The notes under the pieces are model-generated. The model worked only from the letters and a program-made list of their open reading frames with translations. It made no database searches and had not been told where the DNA came from. From NCBI GenBank assembly GCA_009914755.4, contig CP086569.2:12480001-12544000 (forward strand): a stretch of 64,000 nucleotides of DNA, read 5' to 3'. Below are positions 29,601-43,528 of the stretch, piece after piece (within the stretch, counting starts at the first letter, position 1; each line of letters starts with the position of its first letter). The position numbers and the translations under genes were made by a program. Source of the DNA: the human T2T-CHM13v2.0 reference genome, Homo sapiens.

Positions 29601-31460
29601 GAATGCAATGGAGTTAAAAGGTAAAATATCGAATGGAAAAGAATTGAATGGACTCGAATGGAATATAATGGAAAGGAATGGACTCGAATGGAATGTACTA
29701 GAGTTGAATGCAATGGAATGGAATGGAAAACAATGGAAAGGAAAGGAAGGGAATTGAAAGGAAAGGAATAGAATGGAATGGAATCGGATAGAACGGAATT
29801 GAATGGAATGGAAACTAAAGGAATAGAATAGAAAGGAATGGCATTGAATAGAATGGAATGGAATGGAATCAGATGGAACAGAAAGGAATGGAATAGAATC
29901 GAATGGTATGGCATCGAATGGATTGGAATGGAATGGAATGGAATGGAAAGGAATGGAATGGACTCGAATGGAATATACTCAAATGGAATAAAATAGAATG
30001 GAATGGAAGTAAATATAATGGACTCGAATGGAATGGATTGGAATAAATTGGAATTGAATGTATTGGATTCGAATGGAAAGGAATGGAATGGAATGGAATG
30101 GATTCGAATGGAATGGAATCGAATGGAATGGAACGAATTGGAATGTAATTGAATGGCGTCGAAAACAGTAGAAAGAAATGAAGTTTAATCGAATGATATC
30201 GAATGGAATTGAATGGAATGTACGCGAATGGAATGGACTGGAATGGAATGGACTCTATGGGAATGAAGAGGAGTGGAATGGACTCGAATGTCATGGAGAC
30301 GATTGGAATGGAAAGGAATGCAAAGGAATGGAATGGAATGGAATCTGATGCATCACAATGGAATGGAATGGGGTCGAATGGAATAGAATCGAAAGGAATG
30401 GCATCCAATGGAATGGAAACGAATTGAATGGAATGGCATGGAATGGAATGGAAAGGAATATAATGGAAAGGAATCGGATGGAACGGAATGGAATGTAATG
30501 GAGTCGAATGGAATAGAATCTAATAGGATTGCATTGATAGTAATGGAATCGAACGGACTCGAAAGGATTGGAGCCTAACAGAAGAGAATCGAACAAAATA
30601 GCATCAAATGGAATGGAAATGAATGGAATGGAAAGGAATGGAATGGAATGGAATGGAATGGAATGGAATGGAATGGAATGGAATGGAATGGACACACATG
30701 TAATGGACTGGAATGGAATGGAATCAAATAGAATGGACGCGAATGGAATGGTCTCGAATGGAATTTATGAAAATAGAATGGAATCGAAAGTCATTGAACA
30801 TTATGGAATGGAATCAAATGGAATGAAATCGAATGGAAGGAACCGGAATGGAATGTACTGGAATAGAACGGACTCGAATGTTACGGAAAGAAAAGTAAGT
30901 GATTCGGATGTCTTTTAATTGAATGGAATGAAATCAAATGGAATGGAAAGGAATAAAATGGAATGGAATGAAATAGAATGCAATAGAATGGAAGGGAGTG
31001 GAGTCGAGTTGAATGGAATCGAATTGAATGGAATAGAATGGAACAGAATCAAATGGAATGGATTCGAATGCAATGGAACCGAATGGAATGGACTGGAACA
31101 TAATGGAATCGAACGTATTGGAATCGAAAGGAATGGAAAGGAATTGAATGCAATGGAAAGCAATGGAATCGAATGTAATGGAGTCGTACGTAGTGGAGTC
31201 GAATGGAATGGAATCAAATGGAAGGAAAAGAATACAATCGAATGGAATAGAATAGAATGCAATAGAATGAAACGGAGTGGAATCGAGTGGAATGGAATAG
31301 AATTGAATGGAATGGAAAGCAATGGAATCGAATAGAATGGAGTTGAATGGAATGGAAACGAATGCAATGGAAAGGAACAAAATGGAATCGAACAGATTGG
31401 AATCGAATGGTTCCAAATCAAATGGAATGGAATATAATGGAATGGAATGGAATGGAATGG
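26631..31460 (+). repeat. Array A HOR copy 4, truncated. Similarity to the canonical unit decays from about 31320 and is lost by about 31460
   Basis: ORFs 26676..26945, 29474..29914, 29869..30408 and 30919..31335 match the copy-1 series. After about 31460 there is no further match to Array A. Confidence 0.7.
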
Positions 31461-34400
31461 ACTCCAATGGAATGGATTCGAATGGAATGGAGTCGAAAGG
31501 AATGGAAAAGAATATAATGGAATCAAATGGAATGGAATTGAATAGAAAAGGAAAAGAATGGAAGGAAGTGTAATGGAAGATAACGAATGAAATGGAATAG
31601 AATGTAATGGACTGGAATGGAATGGACTGGAACGAAATGGACTGGAATGGAATGGACTCGAAAGGAATGGACTGTAGGGGAATGGACTCGAATGGAATGG
31701 AAACAAATGGAATGGAAATGATTGGAATTGAAAGGAATAGAATGGCAAGGAATAGAATGGAATGGAATCACATTGAATGGATTGGAATTGCTTGCAGTCG
31801 AAAGGAATAGAAAAGAATGGAATGGTATCAAATGGAACGGAATGGAAGGCAATGGAATTTAATTGAATGGAATGGACTTGAATCGAATACAATCGAATGC
31901 AATGGCATTGAATGGAATGTAAAGGACCCAAATGTAATGGACCCAAATGGAATGGACTCAAATAGAGTAGACCCGAAAGAAATAGAATCGACTGGAATTC
32001 ATTTGAATAGAATGGAATCGAATGGAATGCAATGTTATGGAATGGAATTGAATGGAATGGAATCGAATGGAATGGAATCGAATGGAATGCATAGGAATAA
32101 AACGGACTCGAATATAATGGATTGAAATGTAAATTGTTTGAATGGAATGGAATCGAATGGAATGGAACTGAATGGAATGGATCAGAATGGAACGGAATGG
32201 AATAGAATGGAGTCAAATGTACTGGATTGCAATGTAATTGATTCAAATGGAATGCATTCGAATGGAATGTAATCCAATGGAATGGAATGGAGTGGAATGC
32301 AATGGAATGGAAGATAATAGAATGAAAGAAATTGAATGGATTGGAAACGAGTGTAATGGAATTGAATTGAATAAAATTGAATCAAATGGAATGGAAAGGA
32401 ATGGAATGGAATGGAATGGACTTGAATGGGCACGAATGTAATGGACTGGAAAAAAATGTAATGGCACCCATTGGAATCTAACAGAACGGAATGAAATGGA
32501 TTGGAAAGGCATGGACTCATAAGGAATGTAGTCGGAAGGAATCGAATCGAATGGAATGGAATCAAATGGAATGGAATTGAATAGAACCGAAAGGAATAGA
32601 ATGGAATGGAGTGAAATGGAAAGATATAAAATCAAATGGAATAAACACGAATGGAATGAACTAGAATGTAATGTACTCGAAATGAATGCACTGTAGAGGA
32701 ATAGATTCGAATTGAATGTAAATGAATGGACTGGAAAGGATTTTAATGGAATGGAATGCAAAGGAATAGAATGGAATGGAATCAAAAGGAATGGAACTGA
32801 ATGGAATTGAAAGGAATAGAATGGAATTGAGTTTAATGTAAAGATATCGAATGGAATGGGATGGACTCGAAATGAATGGACTAGAATGGAATGGAGTCGA
32901 ATGGAATGGATTGTAAAGGAATGGATTCGAATGGAATGGAAATGAATGCACTGGAATGGAATTTAAAAGAATGGAATGGAATCAGATGGAATGGAATGGA
33001 GTCAACTTGATTGTAATCGAATGGAATGGCATCGAATGGAAAGGAATGGAATGGAAAGGGATGTAGTCAAATGGAATGGATTCGAATGGAATAGAATAGA
33101 ATGGAATGGCATCGAATGTAATAGAAAGGAACGGAATTGAATGGAATGGAATGTATCAAATGTAGTGCACTTGAATGGAATGGACTCAAATACAATCCAC
33201 TTGAAAGGAATGGTCTGGAATGCAATTTATTCAAATAGAATTGAATCGAAAGGAGTGCAATGGTATAGAATGGAATCTAATGGAATGGAATCAAATGCAA
33301 TGAACTACAATGGAGTGGACTGGCATAGAACGGACTACATTGTAGTGGATTGGAATGTATCTCTCTAGAATGGAAAGGAAACGAAAGGAAGGTAAAGAAA
33401 TGGAATGGAATGGAAGGCAATTGAATGGTATGGACACGAATGGAATGGAATCGAATGGAAGGTAAAGAAATGGAATGGAATGGAAGGCAATGGAAATGTA
33501 TCGACTCGAAAGGAATGGAATGGAGTGGTATTGGCTCGAATGTAATAGAAACGAATGGAATGGAATCGAATGGAATACAATGGAATGGAACCATTTGGAA
33601 CGTAATGGAATGGAATGGAGTAGAATGGAATAGAATCAAACGCAATGTCATCGAATTCAGTGGAATGGAATGGACTCGAATGGAAAATACTCGAATGGAA
33701 TAGAATCAAGTGGAATTAGATCGAATGGAAGGAAATGGAATAGAATGTAATAGAATTGATTGGACCCAAATGAAATTGTCTCAAATGGAATGGACGCAAA
33801 TAGAATGGAATCAAAAGGAATGGACAGAAATGGAATTAATACAAAAACAATGGAATCGAATGGAAAGCAAGAGTTCTAAATGGAATAGAAAGGAATGGAA
33901 TCGATTGGAATGGAATGGAATAGAATGAACTTGAATAAAATGGATAGCAATGTAATTGATTCAAATGAAATGGAAATGAATTCAATGTAATCAAATGCAA
34001 TGGAATGGAACGCATTGGAATGGAATATAATGGAATGCAATGGAATGGAATAGAATGGAATGTAATGGAATGGAAAGGAATGGAATTTAGTGGAATGGAA
34101 TAGAATGGAAAGGACTGGAATGGAATGGACTCAAATGTAATGCACTGGAACAAAATCGAATGGATTGGAGTGCAATTGAAAGGAACGGAAGGGAATGGAA
34201 AGAACTCGAGGCGAATGGAGTTGAATTGAATGAAATCGATTGGAATGGAAAAAAATGGAATGGAATTGATTTGAAACGAAAGTAGTAAAACAGAATAGAG
34301 TGTACTGGAAAGATATCGAATGGAATGGAATGCAAAGGAATGGAATGGACTGAAATGAAAAGGATTCAAATGGAATGGACTGGAGTGAAATGGAATCGAT

Positions 34401-34960
34401 TGAATGAAAAGAGTGGAGGGGACTGCCATGGAAAGGAATAGAATGAAATGGACAAATATGGAAAGGAGTGGAATGGAATGGAATGAAATGGAATGGAATC
34501 CAATGGCATAGAATCAAATTGAATGGCATAGAGTGTAATGGTATGGAAGGAACGGAATTGACTCAAATGGAATGGACACGATTTTAATAAAATCGAATGG
34601 AATGACATCGAATACAATGGAATGCATTGCAATGGAATGGAATGCAATGGAATTAAATGGAATGGAATGGAATGCATTGCAATGGAATGGAATGGAATGG
34701 AATCTAATTGAATAAAATGGACCCAAAAGAAATGTACTAGAATGGAATGGATTCAAATACAATGGACATAAAACAAAAGGTTTTGAATGAAATTTATTTC
34801 AATAGAATGGAATCAAATGGAATGCAGTTGTATGGAATTGGATTGAACGGAATGGAATCAAATGGAATGGAAGAGAAAGGAATGGACTGGAATAGAAAAG
34901 ACTCGAATGTAATGGATCGCAATGTAATTGATTTGAAAGTAATGGAGTAAAATGGAATGT
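31461..34960 (+). repeat. Diverged, non-HOR HSat-like spacer between the two homogenised arrays. It is single-copy within this window
   Basis: The segment is still GGAAT-derived but has many more substitutions and A-rich interruptions (e.g. 32440-32480, 33360-33380, 34190-34300). None of it recurs elsewhere in the window. A local direct duplication of about 70 bp sits at 33388-33457 / 33458-33527. Confidence 0.65.
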
Positions 34961-37900
34961 AATGAAACGGAATGGAATGGAATGCAATGGAATGGAGTAG
35001 AATGGAATGCAATGGAATAAAACGGAGAGGAATCGAGTGGAATGGAGTCAATTGGAATTCACTGGAACAATCGAATGGATTGGAATCAAACGGAAAGGAA
35101 TGGAATGGAATGCAATGGAATGGAATCTAAAGGAATGGATTCGAATGGAATGGAATCGAATGGAATGGAATTGAATGGAATGGAATTTTATGGAATCAAA
35201 AAGAATAGACTGGAATGGAGTGTAATGGAGAATTATCAAATGGAATGTAATGGAAAGGATTGGATTCAAATGGAATGGACAGGAATGGAATGGACTCGAA
35301 TGAAATGGACTAGAGTGGAATGGAAACGAATGGAAGGGAAACGAATGAAATGCAATGGAATGGAATGCACTGGAATGTAAACGAAAGGAATAGAATGGAA
35401 TGGAATCAGATGCAACTGATTGGAAGGGAATGGAGTCAATTGGAATAGAATGAAATCCAACGGTAACGCATGGTGTGGAATGGAAAGGACTCGAATGGAA
35501 TGGACGCGAATGGAATGGCATCAAATGGAATGGAATGGAGTGAACTGGAATGAACTGGACCCAAATGTAATGGACTAGAGTGGAATGGACTCAAATAGAA
35601 TGGACTCAAAACCAACTATCTCGAATGGAATTTATTCGAATAGAATGGAATCAAATGTAATGCAATACTATGGAATGGAATTGAAAGGAATGGAATCGAA
35701 TGGAATGGACTGGAAAGGAATGGACTGGAATAGAATGGACTCAAATATAATGGATTGCAATGTAATTGATTCAAATGAAACGGAATCGAATGGAATGTAA
35801 TCAAATTGAATGGAAAGCAATGCAATGTAATGGAATAGAATGGAATGCAACTGAGTGGAACGGAACGGAGTGGAATCGAGTGGAATCGAACCGAGTGGAA
35901 TGTAATCAAATGGAATAGAATTGATTGGAGTGGACACCAAAGAAATGGACGTGGGAAAAAACGCAATCAAACAGATTGGAATAGAAAGAAACGGAATGGA
36001 ATGGAATGGAATGGAATGGAATGGAATGGAATGGAATGGAGTGGAATGGAATGGAATGGAATGGAAAGGACTCGAATTGTGTGGAGTATAATGGATTGGT
36101 ATGGAATGGAATGAAATTGATGGTAAAGGAAAAATCTTGAATGGAATGGAATGTAAGAGCATGGAATCAAATGGAATGAACTGGAATGGAACACACTGGA
36201 ATGGAATGCACTGTAATCGAATGGACTCGAATGAAATGGATATGAATGGAATGGAATGGAATGGAATCTAGTGGATTTGAATGGAATCGAATGGAAAGGA
36301 TACGAATGGAAAGGAATAGATTGGAAGGAATAGGATGGAAAGGAATAGAATGGAATGGAGACGAATGGAATAGAATCGAATGGTATGGCATCAAGTGGAA
36401 CGGAATGGAATGGAACGGACTCAAATGTAATGGACTCGAAAGGAATAGAAATGAACGGAATGGCATTGAATGGAATGGAATGGAATGGACCCAAATGTAA
36501 TGGACTCGAAGGAATGAATTCAAATAGAATGTACTCGCAAAGAGTGGTCTCGATGGGAATTAATTTGAATAGAATCGAATCGAATGGAATGCAATAGAAT
36601 GCGATGGAATCAAATGGAATGGAACAGAAAGTAATGGACTGAACTAGAATGGTCTGAAATGTAATGGATTACAATATATTTGATTTGAATGGAATGGAAT
36701 CGAATGTAATGTAGTCAAAAGAAATTGAATTTTACACAATGGAATGGAACAGAATGGAATGCAATGGAATGGAAGGGAGTGCAATGGAATGGAATGGAAT
36801 GGCATGGAATGGAATGGAATGGAATGGAGTGGTATCTGATGGAATGGAATGGAATGGAGTGGAATGGACTCGAATGGAATTGATTCAAAACGAATGGAAT
36901 GGATTCAAACCAATAGAATCAAACGGAATGGAATCAAATGGAATGGAATTGAATGGAAATGAAACGAATAGAATGTAATGGAGTGTAATGCAAAGATATT
37001 GAATGGAATGAAATGGACTCGAATGGAATGGAATTTAATGAAATGGACTAGAATGTAATGGACTTCAGTGGAACGGACTCGAATTGAATAGAAACAAATG
37101 GAATGCAATGGAGTGAAAGCAAATGAAATGGAAAGGAATAGAATGGAATGCAATCACACGGAAGGGAATGGAGGTTAAAGGAGTCGAATGGAATAGAATC
37201 AAATGTAATGGGATCGATTTGAATAGAATATAATTGACTCGAATGGAATGGCATAGAATGGAATGGACTAGAGTGAAATTGACTCGAATCGAATGGACTG
37301 GATTGGAATGGACTCGAATGGAATGGAATGGATTGGACTCGAATGTAATGGACTGGATTGGAATTTACTCAAATGGAATGGACTGGAGTTGAATGGAATT
37401 GAATGGAATCCCAAAGAATGGAATGCAGTGGAATGGAATGGAATGGAATGGAATGGAATGGAATGGAATGGAATGGAATAGAATGGAATGGAATGGAATC
37501 GACTCAAATATAATGGACTCAAATGCAATGGCCTCAAATAGAATGAACTCGAAAGGAATGTTCCAAATGGAGTTTATTCGAATAAAACGGAAAAGAATGT
37601 AATGCAATAGTATGCAATGGAATCGAATGAATCCATTCTTACGGAATAGAATTGAATGGAAGAGGTTCGAATGAAACGGACTGGAATGGAATGGATTGCA
37701 ATAGAATGGTCTCGAATGTAAAGGACTGCCATGAAATTGATTCGAATGGAATGGAACCGAATTGAATCGAATCAAAATGAATGGAATTGAACGCAATGGA
37801 ATGGAATACAATGGAATGCAATGGAATGGAAAGAGCGGAATCGAATGGAATGGAATCGAATGGAATGGAATCCCTTGGAATGGACTGAAATGTAATGGAC

Positions 37901-40900
37901 TCGAATGGATTGGACTGGAACAAAATGCAATCAACCAGATTGGAATCATTTGGAACGTAATGGAATGGAATAGAATGGAACAGAATGTAATATAATGGTC
38001 TCGAATGGAATGGATTCGAATGGAATGGAATTGAATGGAATTTTATGAAATAGAATGCAATTGAAAGGAAAAGAATGGAATGGAGTGTATTGGAAAGAAC
38101 TCCATTGGAATGGAAAGGAAAGGAATCGAATGGTATGTATTGGAATTGAACAGACTCCTAGGGAATGGATTAGAGTGGAATGCACACGAAAGGTATGCAA
38201 ATTAATGGAATCGAAAGGAATGGAATGGAATAGAATGGAATGGTATTGGATGGAATGGAATGGAATGGAGACAAAATGAATAGAATTGTATGGAATGGTA
38301 TGGAATGGAATGGAAAGGAATGAACTTGAATGGATTCGAATGGAATGGAGTCGAATGCAATGGAATCGAATGCAATGGCTTCAAATGGAATGGAATGGTA
38401 TTTAATGGAATGCAATGGAATGGAATGCAGCCAAATGTAAGGGACTCGAATGTAATAGACTCAAAAATGATGGACACGAATGGAAGGAACACGCATGGAA
38501 TTTTTTCCATTAGAATGGAATTGAATTGTATGCCATAGTATGGAATGGAATCGAATGGAATGGAATCGAATGGAGTGGACTGGAAAGGAATGGACTGGAA
38601 TACGTTGGACACGAATGTAATGGATTACAATGTAATTGTTTCGAATGCAATGGAATCAAATGGAATGTTATCAAAAGGCATTGAAAGGAACGCAATGGAA
38701 TGGAATGGAATGAAATGGAATGGAATGGAATGGAATGGAATGGAATGGAATGGAATGCAATGCAATGCAATGGAATGGAATGGAGTAGAATCGAGTGGAA
38801 TGGAATCGAGTGGAATGGAATCGAGTGAATGGAATCGAATGGAATGGAACCGAATGGATCAGAATCGGATACAATTTACTGGAATGGAATGGACTCGAGT
38901 GGAATGGACTGGAATAAAATGAAATTGCATAGATTAGAACAGAATGGAACGAAATGGAATGGAATGGAATGGAATGGAATGGAAAGGAATGGAATGGAAT
39001 GGAATGGACTCGATGGGAATGGAGTGCAATGGAATGTAATCAAATTGAATGGAATGGAGTAGAAATGAAGTGAATGGAATGGGAAGGAATAGAATGGAAT
39101 GGAGTGTAATGGAAATATTTCGAATGGAAAGGAATGGAATGGTATGGACTCGACTGGAATGGACTGGAATGAAATGGACTCGAATGGAATGGACTGGAGT
39201 GGAAGGGAATTGAATGGTACAGAAACGAATAGAACGGAATGGAAAATAATAGAATGGAATGGAATGGAATGGAATGGAATAGAATCGAATGGAATGGAGT
39301 CAAATGGAATAGAATCGAATGGAATGCAATGGAATGGAATGGAATGGAATGCAAAGGACTCGAATAGAATGTATTCGAATGGAATGGAATGGAATGGACA
39401 CAAATACAATGGACTCGAAGGGAATTGACCCAAATAGAAAGGACTCGAAAGGAATGGCATCGAATGGAATTTATTCGAATAGAATGGAATCCAATTGCAT
39501 GCAATGGGATGGAATGGAATGGAATAGAAAAGAATGGACAGGAAAGGAATGGACTTGTATGGAAAGGACTAGAATGTAGTGGATTGCAAAGTAAATGGTT
39601 CAAATGGAATGGAATCTAATGGAAAGTATTCAAATGGAATTGAATTGAATGAATCAGATGGGAATACAAAGGAATGCAGGAGAATGGAACGGAGGGGAAT
39701 TGAGTGGGATGGAATTTTGTGGAATGGAATCCAATGGAATGGAATCGAATGAAATGGATTCGAATGGAATTGACATCAACAAAATTGAATCGAATGAGTT
39801 GGAATCAAATGGAATGGAATGGAATGGAATGGAAAGGAATGGAATGGAATGGAATGGAATGTACTAAAATGGAATGTAGTGGAATGGAACGGAACTGAAT
39901 GGAATGGAATCAAATAGAATGGAATTGAATGGAATCGAATGAAATGGAATGGAATGGAGTGAAATGGAATGATATCGATTGGATTGAAATGGACTCGAAT
40001 GAAATGGACTGGACTGGAATGGAATGGAATCGAATGGAATGGATCTGAACGGAATGGACTGGAAAAGAACGGAATCAAATTTAATGGATTGCAATGTATT
40101 TGATTCGAATGTAATGGAATCCAAATTGAATATAATCAAATGGAATTTAATGGAATGCAAAGGAATGGAATAGAATGGAAAGCAGGGGAAATAAATGGAG
40201 TGGAATCGATTCTAATGGAATCGAAAGGAAAGGAGTTGAATGGAATAGATTCAAATGGAATGGACTCAAATGAAATAGAATTGAGTCGAGTGGCATCAAA
40301 TGGAATGGAATGGAAAGGAACGGAATAGACCACAAAGTAATGTACTTAAATGAAATGGACTCAAATAGAATGAAACAAAAAGGAATGTTCTTAAATGGAA
40401 TTTATTTGAATAGAATGGAATCGAATGGAATTCAATAGTATGGAATGGAATCGAATGGATGGAGTCAAATGGATTGGACCGGAAAGAAATGGACTCGAAT
40501 GGAATGGACAGGAATGTATTGGCTTACAATGTAATTGATTCGAATGGAATGGAACTGAATGGAATGTAATCAAACGGATTGGATGGGAATGCAATGCAAT
40601 AGAATAGAATGGAATGCAGTGGAATGGAATGGAATGGAATGGAATCGAGTGAAATGGAATCGAACAGAATGGAATCGAATGGAATGGAATCTATTGGAAT
40701 GTACTGGAATATAATGGACTCAAATGGATTGGACTGTAACAAAATGGAATAGAACAGATTGGAATCGAATGGAACAGAATGGAATTGAATGGAATGGACT
40801 CGAATAGAATGGAGTCGAGTGGAATGGATTTGAATGGAATGGAATGAAATAGAATGGAATTGAATGGAATCGATAGGAGGAGAATGGAATGCAGTGTAAT

Positions 40901-43528
40901 GGAAAGAAATCGAATCGAATCGAAGGGAATGGACTCAAATGGAAAGTGCTGGAATTGAATGGACAAGAATGGAATGGATTGGAGTGCAATGGATGCGAAT
41001 GAAAATGAAACGAATGGAATGGAATGGAATTGAAAGGAATGGAATAGAAAGGAAAAGAATGGAATGCAATCCGAAGGAACTTAAGAAATGGAATGATGTT
41101 GAATGGAATGGAATGGAATGGAATGGAATGGAATGGAATGGAATGGAATAGAGTTGAACCAGAATGGAATGGAGTGGAATGGAATGGACAGGAATATATT
41201 GCATTGCAGCCTAATTGTTTAAAACGGAATGCAATCGAATGGAATAGAATGGAATGGAGTGTAATGGAGAGGTATCAAACGGAATGGAATTTAACGGAAT
41301 GGACTCGAGTGGAATGGACTGGAATGGAATGCAATCGAATAGAATGGACTGGAATTGAATGCGCTCGAATGGAATAGATAGGATTGGAATGGACACGAAT
41401 GGAATGGAAATGAATGGAATGGAAAGCAATAGAATGGAATGGAATTGGATGGAACGAAATGGAATGCAATTGATTTGAGTGGAATAGAATCGAATGGAAT
41501 GGCATCAACTGGAATGGAATTGAATTGAATGGACTCGAATGGAATGGATTCGAATACAATATAATCGAATGGAATGGATTCGAATAGAATATAATTGAAT
41601 GGAATGGCACGTAGTGGAATGGAATGGACCCAAATGGAATGGACTCGAATGGAATCGAAAGAAATGTTCCCGAGTGGAATCTATCAGAATAAAATGTTAT
41701 CGAATGGAATGCAAAAATATGGAATGGAATCGAATGGAATGCAATCGAATGGAATGGACAGGAATGGAATGGACTGGAAGAGAATGGACTCTAATGTAAT
41801 GGATTGCAATGTAATTGTTTCGAATAGAATGTATGTGAATGGAACTTGATCAAGTGGAATGGAATGGAATGCAATGGAATGCTACGGAGTGCAATCAAGT
41901 GGAATGCAATCAAATGGAGTGGAATCGAATGGAATGGAATCCAATGGAAAGGACTGGCATGGAAAGGACTCCAATGGATTGGACTGGAATAAAATGGAAC
42001 TGAACGGATTGCAATCAAATGGAAAGGAACGGAATGGAATGAATTGGAATGGAATGGAGTCAAAAGGAAGGGAAACATATGTTATGGAATTGAATTGATA
42101 TGAAACGAATAGAATGGAATGGAGTGTAATGGAAAGATGTGGAATGGAATGGAATGGACTCGAATGGAATGGACCAGAATAAAATGGACTCGAATGGATT
42201 AGAAAAGAATGGAATGGAATGGAATGCAACCGAATGTAATGGAAAGGAACAGAATGGAATGGAATCAGATGGAATGGAATGGAAGGGATTGGAGTCGAAC
42301 AGAATAGAATCAAAAGTAATGGGATCGATTGGAATGGAATGGAATGGACTCGATTGGAATGGCATAGAATGGAATGGACTGGAGTGAAATGGAATCGAAT
42401 GGAATGGAAACGAATGAAATGGAATGGAATGGAACAGAAACGAACGAAATGGAATGGTATTGAATGGAATGGAGTGGAATGGAATGGAATGGAATGCAAT
42501 GGAATGGAATAGAATGGAATAGAATCGGATGGAATGGAATGGAATGCAATGGAGTCGAAAGGAATAAAATCGAAAGGAATGGCATCAAATGGAATGGAAT
42601 GGACTCGAATGGAATGGACTCGAATGGAATAGAATTGAAAGAATTGGCATTGAATGGAATGGAATGGAATGGTATGGACCCAAAGGTAATGGATTCGAAT
42701 TGATTGGACTCATGTAGAATGGACTATAAAGAAATTGTTTCGAATGCAATTTATATGACTAAAGTGGAATCGAATGGAAGGCTATAGTATGGAATGGAAT
42801 CGAATGAAATGGAATCGAATAGAATGGACTGGAATGGAATGGACTGGAATAAAATGGAATCGAATGTAATGGATTGCAATGTAACTGATGTGAATGGAAT
42901 GGAATATAATTGAATGGAATCGAATTCGAATTGACATAAGAGGAATGGACTGGAATAGTATGGACTCGTATGTAATGGAATGGAATGTAATTGATTCGAA
43001 AAGAGTGGAGTTGGATGGAATGTAAGAAAATGGAATGCAATAGAATGCAAAGTAATGGAATAGAATGGAAAGTAATGGAATGCAAAAGAGAGCAATAGAG
43101 TGGAATGTAATCGAATGGAATGGACTGGAATTGAATGGACTCGAATGCAATGGACTGGAACAAAATTGAATAGAACGGATTGGAATCGAAAGGAATGGAA
43201 AGGAATAGAATGGAATCGAATCGACATGAATGGAATGGAGTGAAACGGAATGGAATCGAATAGAATGGAATCGAATGGAATGGAATTGAATGGATTCGAA
43301 AGGAATAGAATGGAATGGAGTTTAATGGAAAGATATCGAATGGAATATACTGGAATAGAAAGGAATAAAATGTAACGGATTGTAATGTAATTGATTCGAA
43401 TGGAATGGAATCGAATGGAATGTAATCAAATGGAATGGAAAGGAATGCAATGGAATGGTATAGAGTGAAGTGCAATGGAATGGAACAGAGTGGAATCGAG
43501 TGCAATGGAGTTCAATGGAATGGAATGG
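34961..43528 (+). repeat. Array B HOR copy 1
   Basis: Start defined where sequence first becomes alignable to later copies (about 34961; compare 34975-35045 with 43543-43615). Confidence 0.75.

Larger units (their letters stand above)
1..31460 (+). repeat. Array A: HSat higher-order repeat (HOR) array with a canonical period of about 7.6 kb. It is truncated at the left window edge and ends at about 31320-31460
   Basis: Identical peptides and nucleotides recur at fixed offsets. One example is the - strand ORF at 46..315, 7671..7940, 19099..19368 and 26676..26945, with offsets 7625, 11428 and 7577. Another is the + strand ORF at 4230..4733, 11835..12338, 15656..16159 and about 30919. Confidence 0.85.

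Noticed and set aside
30915-32246. The longest ORF in the track (443 aa, - strand), together with other long ORFs such as 19977..21104 (375 aa) and 1049..2152 (367 aa), considered as candidate CDS
   Set aside because: All are low-complexity translations of the pentamer repeat (IPFHS/FHSIP/SIPFH on - and NGMEW/MEWNG/EWNGM on +). Stop codons are absent because (GGAAT)n and (ATTCC)n lack them in every frame. ORFs overlap on both strands and in multiple frames. Their lengths change with 5 bp tract slippage between HOR copies. They have no start context or domain-like composition.
1569-43340. The recurrent 'AAAGATATCGAATGGAA' motif (with an EcoRV site), seen at e.g. 1569, 1921, 2964, 5331, 32835 and 43331, considered as a marker of a shorter underlying sub-repeat periodicity
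   Set aside because: Spacing between occurrences is irregular (about 240-2400 bp) and I could not establish a consistent sub-HOR period by eye. Autocorrelation or a dot-plot would be needed.
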